A stretch of 64,000 bases of DNA. Source: Ginglymostoma cirratum (taxonomy: Eukaryota). The first letter of the stretch is position 1. Every line of letters begins with the position of its first letter. Under the pieces are notes generated by a model, which did not search any database, was not told the DNA's origin, and saw only the letters and a program-made list of their open reading frames with translations. The position numbers were made by a program, and so were the translations under genes. This document shows positions 52,001 through 64,000 of the stretch, piece after piece. The stretch covers positions 14,026,698 through 14,090,697 of the forward strand of contig JAHRHZ010000268.1 of assembly GCA_024137785.1 (NCBI GenBank). Direction: 5' to 3'.

Positions 52001-55000
52001 CTAGAAAAATAAGTATTTTGAAGTTTAGCTTCAATAGTTTATTTGGCACGGTTTCATCTTTCTACGATTATCTGATAAATGTTAAACAGGTCAAGTTTGA
52101 GATTTTGCAAATACTTAAGAGTAAGATGAAATAGCTCTTTCCATAAAGAGTCGGCTTTAATTGCAAAATAATATCCAGAAATGGTGTTTATTAATTTCAA
52201 GGACTTGGTTTTTCATCTACTGACCAAGTTGTGCAAAGTTCCAGTACTTTGTTTCTCAGTTTGGATTCTGCCAGGGCCACTCAGCTCCTGACCTCATTAT
52301 AGCCTTGGTTCAACATGGACAAAGAGCTGAATTCCAGAAATGAGATGAAAATGACAACCCTCGACATAAAGGCTACATTCAACTGAGTGTGGCATCAGGC
52401 AAACCCTCCGCTGGTTGGAGTCATATTGCACAATGATTAGCACCATTCATGACTCTTCAGATACTGAAGCAGTCCAAAACCTCAAATGTTACAAGATCTG
52501 GACAGTATCCAGGCTTGGGCTGACAAGTGGCAAGTAACATTCATGCTACCATTACTGAATCCCCCACTATCAACATCCTTGGGGTTATTACTGACCAGAA
52601 ACTCAACTGGATTCATCACGTAAACACTGGCTTCAACAGCAGATCAGAGGCTAGGAATAGTGTGGCGAGTAACTCACCACCTGATTCCCCAAAGCCTGTC
52701 CACTCATCTACAAGGTACAAGTCACGAGCGTGATGGAATACTCCTCAATTGCCTGGGTACGTACAACTCCAAAAACACTCCAGAAGCTTGACACCATCCA
52801 AGACAAAGCAGCCCGCTTGATTAGCGCCACATTCATTAGCATCCACTCCCTCACAGCAAGGTGTACTATCTACAAGATGCACTGCAGGAATTCACCAAAG
52901 ATCCTGAGATAACACCTTCCAAATCCACGACCCTTACCATCTGGAAGGACAAGGGCAGCAGATACATGGGAACACTACACATGCAAGTTCCCTTCCCTTC
53001 TGACTTGGAACTATCACTGTTCCTTCACTGTCGTTGGGTCAAAATCCTGGAATTCCCTCGTATATAGCATTGTGAATCTACCTACAGCCATGGACTGCAG
53101 TGGGTTCAAGAAGGCAGTTCATTGCCATCTTCTCGAGGACAACTAGGAACAGGCAATAAATGCTGGGCAGCCAGTGAGGCCCATGTCCAACAAGTGAATT
53201 AAAAAAAAACAAACTGTTACTGCAATTATCTTATATTTTAAAAACTCTGATTTCAAGTTAGTATTGCACTTCGAATTTTTGGAAGGTAAACATGTAAAAA
53301 GGATTTGCATGCTACTTTTGCTATTTTCTACTTTCCCTGACTATTCGGAGCTCCACAAATAACCTATCTAATTTGAAGTAATTGGGCCAGCTACCAGATT
53401 TACAGAAGACACAAAAATGGATGAGAAGCCAGGTTGTGAGAGGGAAACAAACTGTTTCGAGAGATATTTATAAGCAAGTAGTCAAAAAGTTAGCAAATGG
53501 ATCATAATACGGGAAAATGTGACATTGTTCATTTTGGATGGGAGAACAAAACAACAGATGATTTAAATGGAAAAAAATTGCAGAAAGCTGCAACACAAAG
53601 GGACTTGGGAGTACTTATACACGAAACACAGAAAGCTAGCACATAAGTGCAGCAGGTATCAGGAAGGCTAATGGAATATTGTCTCTATTTTCAAGGAGGT
53701 TGGAGTAGAAGAGTAAGGAAGTCTTTTACTGCATATCTTTTGCTAGAGCGGTTTTGGTCCCTTATTTAAAGAAAGACATCGTTTTATAGGAGGAGTTAAG
53801 AGGTTCACTACGATGATCCCCGTATGGAGGGATTGTCTTATGAGCAAAGCCCAAACAGATTAGGACTGTTACTGGAGTTTAGAAGAATGAATGAGAGTTA
53901 ATCTCATGGAAACATATAGGATTTTTAGGCACCTTGACAGGTTAAATGCTGAGATGTTTTGCCTCATGTGAGAGTCTAGGACCAGAGGGCATCATCTCAG
54001 CATGAAGAGGTGCCAATTTCAGACTGTCATGACGAGGAAGTTCTTTTCTCGCAAAGGGTTGAGAGTCTTTGTAACCCATTGCCATAAAGAACTATAGGGG
54101 TAGAGGGTGAGACCTTGTGTATATTTAAGGCTGAGATACAAAGATTCTTGATCAGTAGGGGAATCAAGCTATGGGCAAAATGCAGGAAAGTGGATGTGAG
54201 GAATGTCAGATCAGCCATGATCCTAGTGAATGGCAGAGCAAGTTCGAGAGGCCCAATGGCCTATTCCTGTTCCTATTTCCTATTGTTCTGAATCACTTCA
54301 GAGTAATTTCTGAACTCCATTCTTAGAAACTGCACGTTAACATCCCCTTTCTGTAACCGAATAATGTGCCTTAAAACCAGCCTGAATGTATTACCACCTC
54401 CATCGCTTTACATTTGGCAGATCTTTGTTTGTGAATTCATTTTTTTTAGCAACATAGGTCTTTTGATCGCTAAGAAGGAGACGGTTTTAATTCCATTCAT
54501 CAGATGTAAAGATTGCATGTTACACAAATGCCAATATTCTACAATTATAAGCAGGAAAAATCTAAAAGCCACATATGCATTCTTGAAAAAATTGTAAACT
54601 GCACCTTAATCAGGTCAAGACCGTGGGCTTGCTGTTGGTTTGCCTCCTTTGACGATTGACAGTCTGGGTGTACCATGTGATATAGATGAAGCATGCTTAT
54701 GGCATCCTCGACTCTGCAAAAAAAAAATTTTAAATGCTAACTATAAATCAAACAACTAACACACCCAATCGCAAAATCATATAAATTTGGAAGAATAGCA
54801 GTTATTGATCAAACATGTTCCTAGAAATTAATTTGTTTTCTGTCCTTTATTTTTCTCTCCCTTATCCCTGAACAGGTGGTGGTAAAAAATGTCTGATTTT
54901 GTGGCGAATAGTTGTGAGGTTATCCACATTCATTGTTATTATGTTGTAAAGAGATCACAGCTTCCCATATTTGTATGTAATCTTTAAAAATTGACACAGA

Positions 55001-58000
55001 GGTTGTTGTGTGATTTGCCCTGCTCCACCAGTATGTTGTCAAAAGTTAGGCATTAAAACAGACCGGGAACATCTGTTTACAGAGCCATTAAACTCACCAA
55101 AAAGTAGGTTGGGTCTTGTTCATTCACATTTAAGTGAATTTTTAATGCGGTTATTAAATTTTAGTTGGCATCAAACAAGTTCTCCATATTTGTAAGGTTA
55201 TTTTTTAAGAGAATTTTATCATTGATCAACTTTTTGCCACTCTTTTCTTTCATTATATTGATCGCTGCATGTAAAATTATATTGAATTAAATATTCTAAT
55301 TTGCATTTCCTGGCTCAGGCTCCTCCTGCGCCTCAGAAAGGATTCTTCAATTGGCTAACGACATGTTGATGCTTGTGCTGTTCACTTAGGACCCAGATAA
55401 CAGGAAAACGCAGGCTACATAACTATTTCCACTGAATTAAGGCCAGACTGTTCAAGAGAGAGATGTGAGGCAACACTTCTACACACAAAGGGTAGCAGAG
55501 GTTTGGAACTCTCTTCCACAATTGGCAGTGCAAGCAGCATCAGTTGTTAATTTTATAACTGAGATAATACCTTTTGCTTAACAAAAATGTATCTAAGGGA
55601 TACGGGCCAAAGGCAGATATATGGAATTAGGTCACAGATCCGCCACGATCTCATGGAATGGTGGAACAGGCTTAAGGGGCCGAATGGCCTGTTTCTAATT
55701 TTGTATTTCCCCCCTACTTTATAGAGTCAGAGTTTTTACAGCACGGAAAGAAGGCCTTCGGCCCATCGTGTCCATGCTGGTCATCAAATTTCCATCTATT
55801 CCAATCCCATTATTCCAGCTCTTGTTCCATAGCCTTGTGTGTGATGGTGTTTCAAGTGTTCATGTAAGTAGTTACTAAATACCTGGACAGTTCCCAACTC
55901 CACAACTCTTTCAGGCAGTGCGATCTTACTGTGCATACTGGCAGCCACTTGGGACTTGAAAAAGTCCTTCACAAGCCCAACACTCTGGAAATTGTGAAGC
56001 AAAAGCCCGTGAAGAGTCAAAGGGTAGTTGTTAGTCTAGTAAATGCTCGTGCTGTAGTTCATTGTTGAGCTCACAATCTAGCCCAGTTTTTTTTGGGGGG
56101 GTCGGTTAGCTGAGTTGGCTGGATGGTTGGTTTGCAATGCAGAATGATGCCAATGGGTGTGGGTTCAGTTACCGCTGAGGTTCCCAGGAAGAACATTCCT
56201 CCTTCACCTCTCCACTCGTCTGAAGTGTGGCAACCCTCAGGTTAAACCACCACCAGTCTCTTCCTTCCCTCTCACTCATTAGAAAGAGCAGCCCTATAAC
56301 CCAGTAGGACTACGACAATTTTGTCTTTTTATATTAGTGATTCCTTCGACAAAGACTATGGTCTAATCTTCATTTCAAGAGGTATATTTCTCCCACTAGA
56401 TGGTGTCAGAATCAAGTCACCCGACACCAGCTTATTGTCCTACAGGTTTATTTGAAATCACAAGCTTTCGTAAATGCTGCCCCTTTGTCAGGTGAAGTCA
56501 CCTGACGAAGGGGCAGTGCTTTGAAAACTTGTGCTTTCAACTAAACCTGTAGGACAATAACCTGGTGCTGTTGATTTACGACTTTTGTCATTCCTAGTCC
56601 AACATCGGCACCCCCACATCCTGACCACTAGATGGTGCCATTGCTTTAAAATCACTGCATGATAAGACTCCTTTAGTCGGGGTAATAAGTGATAATTCAT
56701 TACCAAAAAAAAATGTTGCTGCACTTTAGTTTCACTAGCCCACATCTATGTATTTTGGCTATGGATTTTGATAAAGGCAAGATATCTGTTTCTTGTCCTC
56801 AATCCCTGTGTAGAGTTTGGATATGAATGACGTTGAAACAGCCTGTAAACACTTGAAAATAAAGTTATGTGTGGGGTATCAGAACTAGGAACAGACTTTT
56901 AAATTCTTTTCCAAGAACATTATGATGTCACACAGTGACTGAATTTATGCATTTCAATTGATGCGCCAACCCTCAAGTGCCTTGTACAATGCATTAGCTT
57001 TGATTTAATCACATATAATTCATTTGTTAAAAGTTAATTAACAAAATTGCTAAACCTACCATTTGCTTAAAATTTTATCAATCTCCATTCATGACAGTTG
57101 AACGCAAAATTTAAATGGATCAACGCTATGTCACAGTAACAGTAACACAAGCAATCAGTAAGTCTCTGCGAAGGGTGGTATGCATTATTGTATAGACAAG
57201 GCCATAAGTTGTATAATTTAAGGAGAAACTGATAGAATCACAGGTAGCTGGGCTGCCAGATTTCCAATTTTCTGCCAAAATTTCCAAGAGGGTTTGTGGG
57301 ATTCAAGATCTCTTTGTTACGAGAATTAATCATTCATACCATTAGACAAAATATTAGAAGTTCTGACATGGGGGGGTGGCAAAGGTGGTGGGAGATGCTA
57401 ACCATTGAGTCAATTAACTTTCAACCAATGATTACATCTGATTAAATTACTGAATTTAGGCATGGTATGAGTGGATTAAATTGATGCATTTCATCCCCAC
57501 ATTTCTATCATCATCGTAGTAGTTGTAATGTTCTGGGAACAGTACTTAAAACCATGTCCCCAGTATGATACATTAGGGAGATCTTGGGTTTGTCTTTTCA
57601 CGGGCAATATGATGCATACCATGGAAATCTGTGTGCCACGTGTAAAGTTTACATCAATGTTTTAATATTTCTGTATCTTGAGCTGTTTACACTGAACTTC
57701 TCTGCCGAATTCATCCATTAATAATTACTGAAAGAATCCAAAACAGCCTCATTTAAATTCCCCAGCTTAGAATATTCAAACGAGGCAATCCTCCAGAAAA
57801 AAAATCTTCAGTTAGCAAAACTTGTGCACCTGATCATGTTAGGGCTTGTAGCATGTGTTTGGGTCTAAAATTACAGTTTGAATACTTGCTCTGAACTGTG
57901 GGAAGGGAAAGCTAAGTTTTTATAAATTGAAGCTTCACAAAAGTAATTTCAAGCATTCTATGTAAATCTGATGATAGAAATTTTAACTACTTCAGTTTGT

Positions 58001-58152
58001 ACTTACAGATCTCTTTGAATCATATCGATTAGTAAACCATCAATTTTCCTCCTGTTGACCAGGTACCACACCAATCCACCAAAGTGTCTCGTTGAATGCA
58101 AAAGATCATACTTGCAATTTTTATCAATATCCTCATACGTTTGGTGGTGGAC
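51881..58152 (-). CDS. MRPS22: MRPS22, mitochondrial ribosomal protein S22; last three coding exons, 5' part probably beyond the window
   Basis: Spliced peptide [11 protein letters not shown]...[13 protein letters not shown]...[17 protein letters not shown]...LYHMVHPD...[25 protein letters not shown] matches remembered MRPS22; tail-to-tail with COPB2 as in mammals; no further upstream exon recognised. Confidence 0.93.
52265..53210 (+). mobile_element. CR1-like LINE fragment
   Basis: [33 protein letters not shown]-rich tail. Confidence 0.8.
53390..54290 (+). mobile_element. CR1/L2 LINE 3' fragment
   Basis: caaagggacttgggagtac, ctggagtttagaagaatga, tail ggcctattcctgttcctatttc. Confidence 0.8.
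54605..54713 (-). CDS. MRPS22: MRPS22 penultimate exon (109 nt)
   Basis: ttgcag|[36 protein letters not shown]|gtgc. Confidence 0.93.
55450..55935. mobile_element. Two LINE 3' tips in opposite orientation
   Basis: 55450-55700 (+) L2-like tail; 55720-55935 (-) CR1 tail. Confidence 0.55.
56097..56330 (+). mobile_element. tRNA-derived SINE
   Basis: ggttagctgagttgg A-box and gggttcagtt B-box-like head. Confidence 0.55.
56406..56624. mobile_element. Short palindromic element, family C, MRPS22 intron
   Basis: About 85-bp inverted arms around tcaggtgaagtcacctga; TSD ccactagatggtg at 56393-56405 and 56625-56637. Confidence 0.85.
58007..58152 (-). CDS. MRPS22: MRPS22 antepenultimate exon (146 nt)
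   Basis: tgtcag|[48 protein letters not shown]|gtaagt. Confidence 0.95.
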
Positions 58153-59554
58153 CTGACAAAGAGAGCCTGGTATTTATATAGCACTACTCACAACTGTCAG
58201 GTATCTCAAAGCACTTTGCAGCCAATAAAGTATTTCTTAAAGTGGTAGTAAGGTTTGAAAGTTGATTTGTTTCCAAAAGAAATAAGAAATTAATATTTAC
58301 AAGCAAATTGGCTGAGATATTTGCAGAGCTACAGGAGTTTAGAGCTAAAATTTATACACTATCCAGGCTACAAAATAACTGCAGTTGAGCAGATGGTCTG
58401 CTCAGAATTAACCAGAAATAGAATCACTAAGGGTAGGTAAGAACAACCTGACAGGGCTACACAAACATACACACCATCCATCATGGAGGCCAGATAAACA
58501 ACCTCTACTCCCCTCTCACGGCATCACAAATAATTTTGAAGACAGTAATCAAATGTGACTCAACCTCATCAAGTTAAGCACTAGGCAGGGATATAAAATA
58601 CAAAATAGGACATCGAGCTGAGACTTTTATAAATGCAAGGTGCACACTAATTTCAAGCAGCACACATTTCTTGTGAAGCTACAGTACATTTAGCAAACTG
58701 TAGCTCTTTTGATTTGCATGGTTATTATCCAGACAGTACTCCTTTCATCAAACAACTCTTTTATTTTGATCTGAAATGTACTCACCCTAATGTAATCAGC
58801 AGAATTTGGCTCAAATTGGATAAGACAGAGATCGAGAATATCTTCATAACGATCCTGAGCAAACACAACCTGAAATGGGCAGCATGGATCAAATCAAACT
58901 ACAATACAACAATGCAGTCAAATGAAAAAGAAAGAAGTCCATTTGGAGTGTGCACTGAGCAGATTACCAATTTAAATCATGAAATTGAAGGAGGATGAAT
59001 GATGTGATTGCAAGGTGACATCTTTCCAGACTCTGTTAGATCTGTGCATTTGTAGTTACACAATGATCTTACGAATAGCTCACCATGTGCAATTTATATG
59101 ACAGTTACAATTTCAACACACCCCCAGATTCATTTGCAAAATCAGCAGGCAAGATTCATGTTTGGATAGATAAAACTGCAGAACATATGCTTAGGTCTGC
59201 TTCAGAAACTTTCAGTGTCAGCCTTATTTGAATAATTTTATTAATCTCCCAAACCATTTCAACTTATTTAATACAGGGATGTTAACAAAGATATATTAGG
59301 AAACTCCAAACGTATGTGGATGTATAATGAGGGAAGAAATGTGTACTCTTCAAAAAGGTTGTAAATGTTTTCAGTGATTATTACAGCCTTCTCAAAGGCT
59401 GTTTTCAGCAGATTGCGTAGCTCTAATGGATATTTCAGAATACACAGTATATACAATCCAAAGGACAGACCCATGATCCACAGTTAATAGAAAGGTTAGA
59501 GAAGATACCAAACTTATAGTGGTACTGAGTGCATTGTTGGTCTTATGGGTGAAA

Positions 59555-60440
59555 AGTGCCTGGCTCATAATGAACTTCATCCTAAGGTCCCAGAAGAATT
59601 GGCTAATGGAATCGGTGATGCATTGATTCCAATTTTCCAGAACGCCCTTGATTCAAAGAAAGGATCCATTAGATTGGGTGATGGCAAATGTAACTCCTTT
59701 ATTCAAAAAGGGAGGGAGACAGAAAGCAGTAAACCACAGGTCAATTAGGTTAACATCTAGAAGCTATTATTAAAGTAGCTACTGTAGGGTACTTACACAC
59801 GTTCAAAAGTAATCAGGCAGGATTGTTGTAGATTGTGAAAGGGAAATCATGTTTAATTAATTGGAGTTCTTTGAGGAAGTAAGATGCACTTTGGATAAAT
59901 GGGAACTGGAAAATCTATTGTACTTAGATTTCGAAGGCATTTGATGAAGTGTCACATTGAAGGTTACTGCAGAGGATAAAACACAGGGAATAGGAGTACA
60001 ACATTGGCAAGGATAGAAGACTGGCTAACAGGAAGCAAACAGTATGCACAATGGATCTTTTCCAGGTTGACATCAACAAGTGATGTGCCACAGAGATCAG
60101 GGCTAGGACCTTAAATTTTTGTATCTTATAAATGACATAGATGAAGGGATGGAATGTGCGGTAGCCAAATTTGCTGACAACAGAAAGATAGGTAGGGATT
60201 TAGCTTTGAAGACATGAGAAGGCTACAGAAGGATCTAAGTTAAGTGAGTAGGCAAAGATCAACTAAATGGAGCATAACGTGGAACAATTGCACATTTTCC
60301 ATTTTAGCAGGAAAACTAAAAAAGCACATTATCTAAATGATAAGAGATTGCAGAGCTCTGAGATGCAAAGGGATCTGGGTGCCCCAGTGCGTGATTCACA
60401 ATATGCAGGTACCGCGAGTCATTATCAAATCTAATAGAAT
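59555..60440 (+). mobile_element. Decayed CR1/L2 RT fragment
   Basis: LHPKVPEELANGIGDALIPIFQNALD; tacttagatttc..gcatttga; aaatttgctgac. Confidence 0.75.
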
Positions 60441-60599
60441 GTTATATGTAATATATATAATAATTCAGTAATTGAACTGGAAAGGAACATCATTTATTGT
60501 TGAACACCAAAACTGACCCACTACTCATGGCATACACAGGCTCGTCCCAGCCCGGAACTGACAGTTCTGCAGACCGATCCCTGGATCTTTTTCTTAAAT

Positions 60600-60870
60600 A
60601 TATCAACCTTTTCAGAAAGGTTATCACACATCTCTGGAGCAGGCAGGACTTGAACCCAGGTCTCCTGACTGAGAAATAGGGACACTATCCTTGTGCTACA
60701 AGAGGTTTATGTTCTGGGTCTGCTTTTTTTTTTTTTCTTTTTATACCTGGGAGTTATTTTTAAAATTATGTTCCCAATAAACCTATTCAGGACGTTAGTA
60801 CACACCTCTGGAGCAGTTGAGACTTGAACCTTGCCCTGCTTGTCCTTTGGCAGGGACAATTATCACACAC
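60600..60870 (-). mobile_element. Two tandem short tRNA-like SINE units
   Basis: acacacctctggagcag..gacttgaacc twice; further copies at 61680-61770 (-) and 12940-13020 (+). Confidence 0.6.
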
Positions 60871-61124
60871 AACAGAAAGACTTTCCCACCGCCAAATCAC
60901 CATGACTTGGTTTTCTTAACCATGGTTACTCATATCCCAGGGTACTAGCTGGACCTCTGGATTAGTAATCCAGTGATATTACTTCTATGCCATCACCTCC
61001 AGTGTGTCTGCTTCATTTAACATTTTTCCTATCCAGGAGTGCTATCACTCACAACTGAGCGACTTACTACCAAAATCACTGTGACTTTTTTTTTTGTGAA
61101 CGACAAACTACCACCAGTAATCAC

Positions 61125-61612
61125 TCATGTAGAGTCACAGAGATGTACAGCATGGAAACTGACCCTTCGGTCTAACTCGTCCATGCCAACCAGAGATACT
61201 AAATAAATCTGGTCCCATTTGCCAGCATTTGGCCCATATCCCTCTAAACCCTTCCTGTTCATACACCCATCCAGATGCTGTTTAAATGTTGTACCAGGCT
61301 CCACCACTTCCTCCGGCTGCTCATTCTGTACATGCACCACCCTGTGCGTGAAAATGTTGCCCCGTAGGTCCCTTTTAAATCTTTCCCCTCTCGCCTTAAA
61401 CCTATGCCGTCAAGTTTTGGGCTCCCCTACTCTGGGGAAAACTACCTTGACCTATTGCCCTATCCATGCTCCTCATGATTTTACAAACCACTAGAAAGTC
61501 ACCCCTCAGCCTCTGACGCTCCAGGGAAAATAGTCCCAGCCTATTCAGCCTCTCCCTATGGCTCAAGACTTCCAGCCCCGGCAACATCCTTGTAAATCTT
61601 TCCTGAACCCTT
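61125..61612 (-). mobile_element. CR1 LINE 3' end
   Basis: RVQERFTRMLPGLEVLSHRERLNRLGLFSLERQRLRGD. Confidence 0.88.
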
Positions 61613-61914
61613 ATAAATAAAGCCCAATATGGGCAATGCAAATCATCAAATTGAGCGAGAAGGGGCCAAAACAACCTGTTCAGAGATGTTATGACACACC
61701 TCTGCAGCAGGCGGGACTTGAACCCAGACCTTCAGGTCCAGGGGTAGGGACACTACCATTGCACACAAAAAAGGTCCTTCTCACAGTAAAGGACTCAGGT
61801 AATGAGTTCTGGCTGGGCAGGTCATCGCCTGTTACCAAGGGAATGCATACTCAATGCACCCCATAAGGAAAATAATTAGTGATTTCCCATGGACCATGGA
61901 GGGGTTATCACATT

Positions 61915-62492
61915 ATCATTTATTGCAAGGGGAATTTAAGACGATAGGGGTGTTATGCTTCAATTATACAGGACACTGGTGAGATAGTGGGTACTGGCTA
62001 CAGTATTGGTAACCTTATTTAAGGAATTATGTCAATGCATTGCAAACAATTCAGTGAATGTCTCCTCGATGAGTACCTGGAATGGGTGGGCTGTCTTAGG
62101 ACAAATCGTTGGACAGGCTAAGCTGATATCTGGAGTTTAGAATAGATAACTAGACTGAAACATACAAGATCCTCGTGGGTTTTGACAGGCTGCATGTGGA
62201 AAGGACATTTCCTCTTATCAGAGGATGAAGAACTAGGAGCCACTGTTTAAAAATCAAAGGCTGCCCTTTCGAAACAGAGATGAAGCAAAATGTTTCTTAC
62301 AGGACACTGCGAGTCTCTGGAATTCTTCCCGAAAACGTGGTGGAAACAGAGTTCTTGCACAGGTCTAAGACAGCAATTGATAAGTGTGGGATTGTGAATT
62401 TGAGGTTGCAATCAGATGAACCATGATCTTATTAAATGGCAGAACAGGATCAAAGAGCCAAGCGGCCTATTCCTCCTTGTTTGTATATTCTT
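61915..62492 (+). mobile_element. CR1/L2 LINE 3' fragment
   Basis: ctggagtttagaa..gaaacatacaagatcct..tail ggcctattcctccttg. Confidence 0.7.
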
Positions 62493-64000
62493 GCTGATGC
62501 CCAAGTTTTTGGTCAGGGAATGTGGCCAGCAGGATCACAGTCATTACAACCGAGGTGCCTGCAGATCACCCCTTTTATTCTTTCTTTCAACCACACATCG
62601 AGGTAGCAATAATTTGCTAAAGGGCACTAGACATAGCTTCCATTTCGATACTGCAGTCTAAGGTAGTGACAGTGAGACTTGGCAGCTGCTACTGGCTTTA
62701 AAGGTCATTTCAATCAACCAATCAAGCAAACATGACAAGACTTTGAGTGCAGCTTCTCTTCGATCATGGGCACAGTGAGAGTCATCCGCTTTTCGTAACA
62801 TAAATATTGGTGCTGCAGCCTATCCCAGAGAGCTCAGGAAAATTCACAGAATAATTGTTGAAAAACATTCATACAGCTAAAAGCTGCAAGTTAGTTTCGT
62901 GTCTAAATATTACATACAGCAAAAAAAAATACTTTGGAACAGAACCGGTCACAGCATGTGGTGGATTTTGTGTATGCATTGTGAAGGAGGTGGATCTAGA
63001 ATTGGCTTGGCTTAAGGTCTTTTGTTTTTGGCTTTTCTGACAATTGAAAGGACAAGAGAGACATGGTAATGTGATCCACCAAAAAATCAGGTACTCAAAA
63101 CAAGAAAAATATTTCATGAATGCATATTTTCATTAAATAATATTTGCTATTAAGATATTTTGAAAAAATAATTTATCCCATTAAACTGGGAATATATAAA
63201 GTTTGTTTTTAATGCTTGGTTTTCATGGGTGAAAGTTTCACCTAGTTGATTCTTCCCAGCAACAGAAAAGAAATATGTTCAATGCTTATGCATTCAGACT
63301 ACCAATTAAAACAACTAGAAATAACACACAATATCATACAGTTTAAGCAGTAAACCCAGAAGGACTTATTGTCAGTACTGTGGAAGTCTAGCTGCCCTAA
63401 TTAGCTGTACATGCACGCCTAAATTTTGTGTGAAGTAGAAAATCAATCCTAAAATCTGCATCTGATTTTTCAGGAAAAGGCTGTTTTAAAATCTCCTCTT
63501 TCCTTTTCCATTTCTTGGGATTTCATGCTATCTTTGGGGATGGGCACAAGATTTATCAGGTCTTTGACAGTTGTTCTGATAAGTATTCACCAAGTTCACT
63601 CCCAATATGGAAGTTGTGAATCTGTTTCCTGTTGTACTATGACAACATAGCTGAGATGGTTGATCTGCCGCAGTCTACACTTATGAGTCCCCATCCTAAT
63701 CGGGTTTTGGAGCTCAGACCTTCATACTTAATCCTGAAGTACAAAAAATCCACACCACATAGGAAGCATAAAAAAAATGAAGAGACAAGCTGTTCTATTA
63801 TAATCCATCAGCGCTGACCTAAACCATCAATCTTTACAAATAATGCCCTAAACATAACAATAGGTTAGTGCTTGGGCTTTTCAAGAGCTTGGCACGAACC
63901 AAGCAGAATCCATTTATAATCTATTTTTGGAGCACAATCTGTAGAATTTGTTTGTTGTAAACGCTATTTCAAGTTTATCAATTTTTTTTCCCCAAAGTAA

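Noticed and set aside
58153-64000. Further MRPS22 exons
   Set aside because: No match to the expected upstream peptide (QFEPD-like) found by eye; probably outside the window, though I may have missed one

Overview
Vertebrate genomic DNA, very likely a cartilaginous fish (shark); this is inferred from HE1/V-SINE-like, Deu-SINE-like and CR1-type repeats. The window holds the complete 22-exon COPB2 gene (coatomer beta-prime, + strand, ATG 22243 to stop 50732; my exon lengths sum to 2802 nt, 933 aa) with a CpG-island promoter. The last three coding exons of MRPS22 lie on the - strand, tail-to-tail with COPB2 as in mammals. The rest is repeat-rich: CR1/L2 LINE fragments, tRNA-derived SINEs, a decayed Gypsy pol, and many Penelope-like elements (PLEs). 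The most striking pattern is a size continuum of PLE-derived insertions, from about 2 kb down to 160-220 bp palindromes. Most have 8-15 bp target-site duplications and inverted ends, with one arm about 27-35 nt longer than the other. Most carry minimal hammerhead-ribozyme motifs (CTGANGA-stem-GAAAC/GTH), in at least four sequence families. All coordinates were read by eye: exon edges were checked against GT-AG and frame, while repeat edges are approximate.
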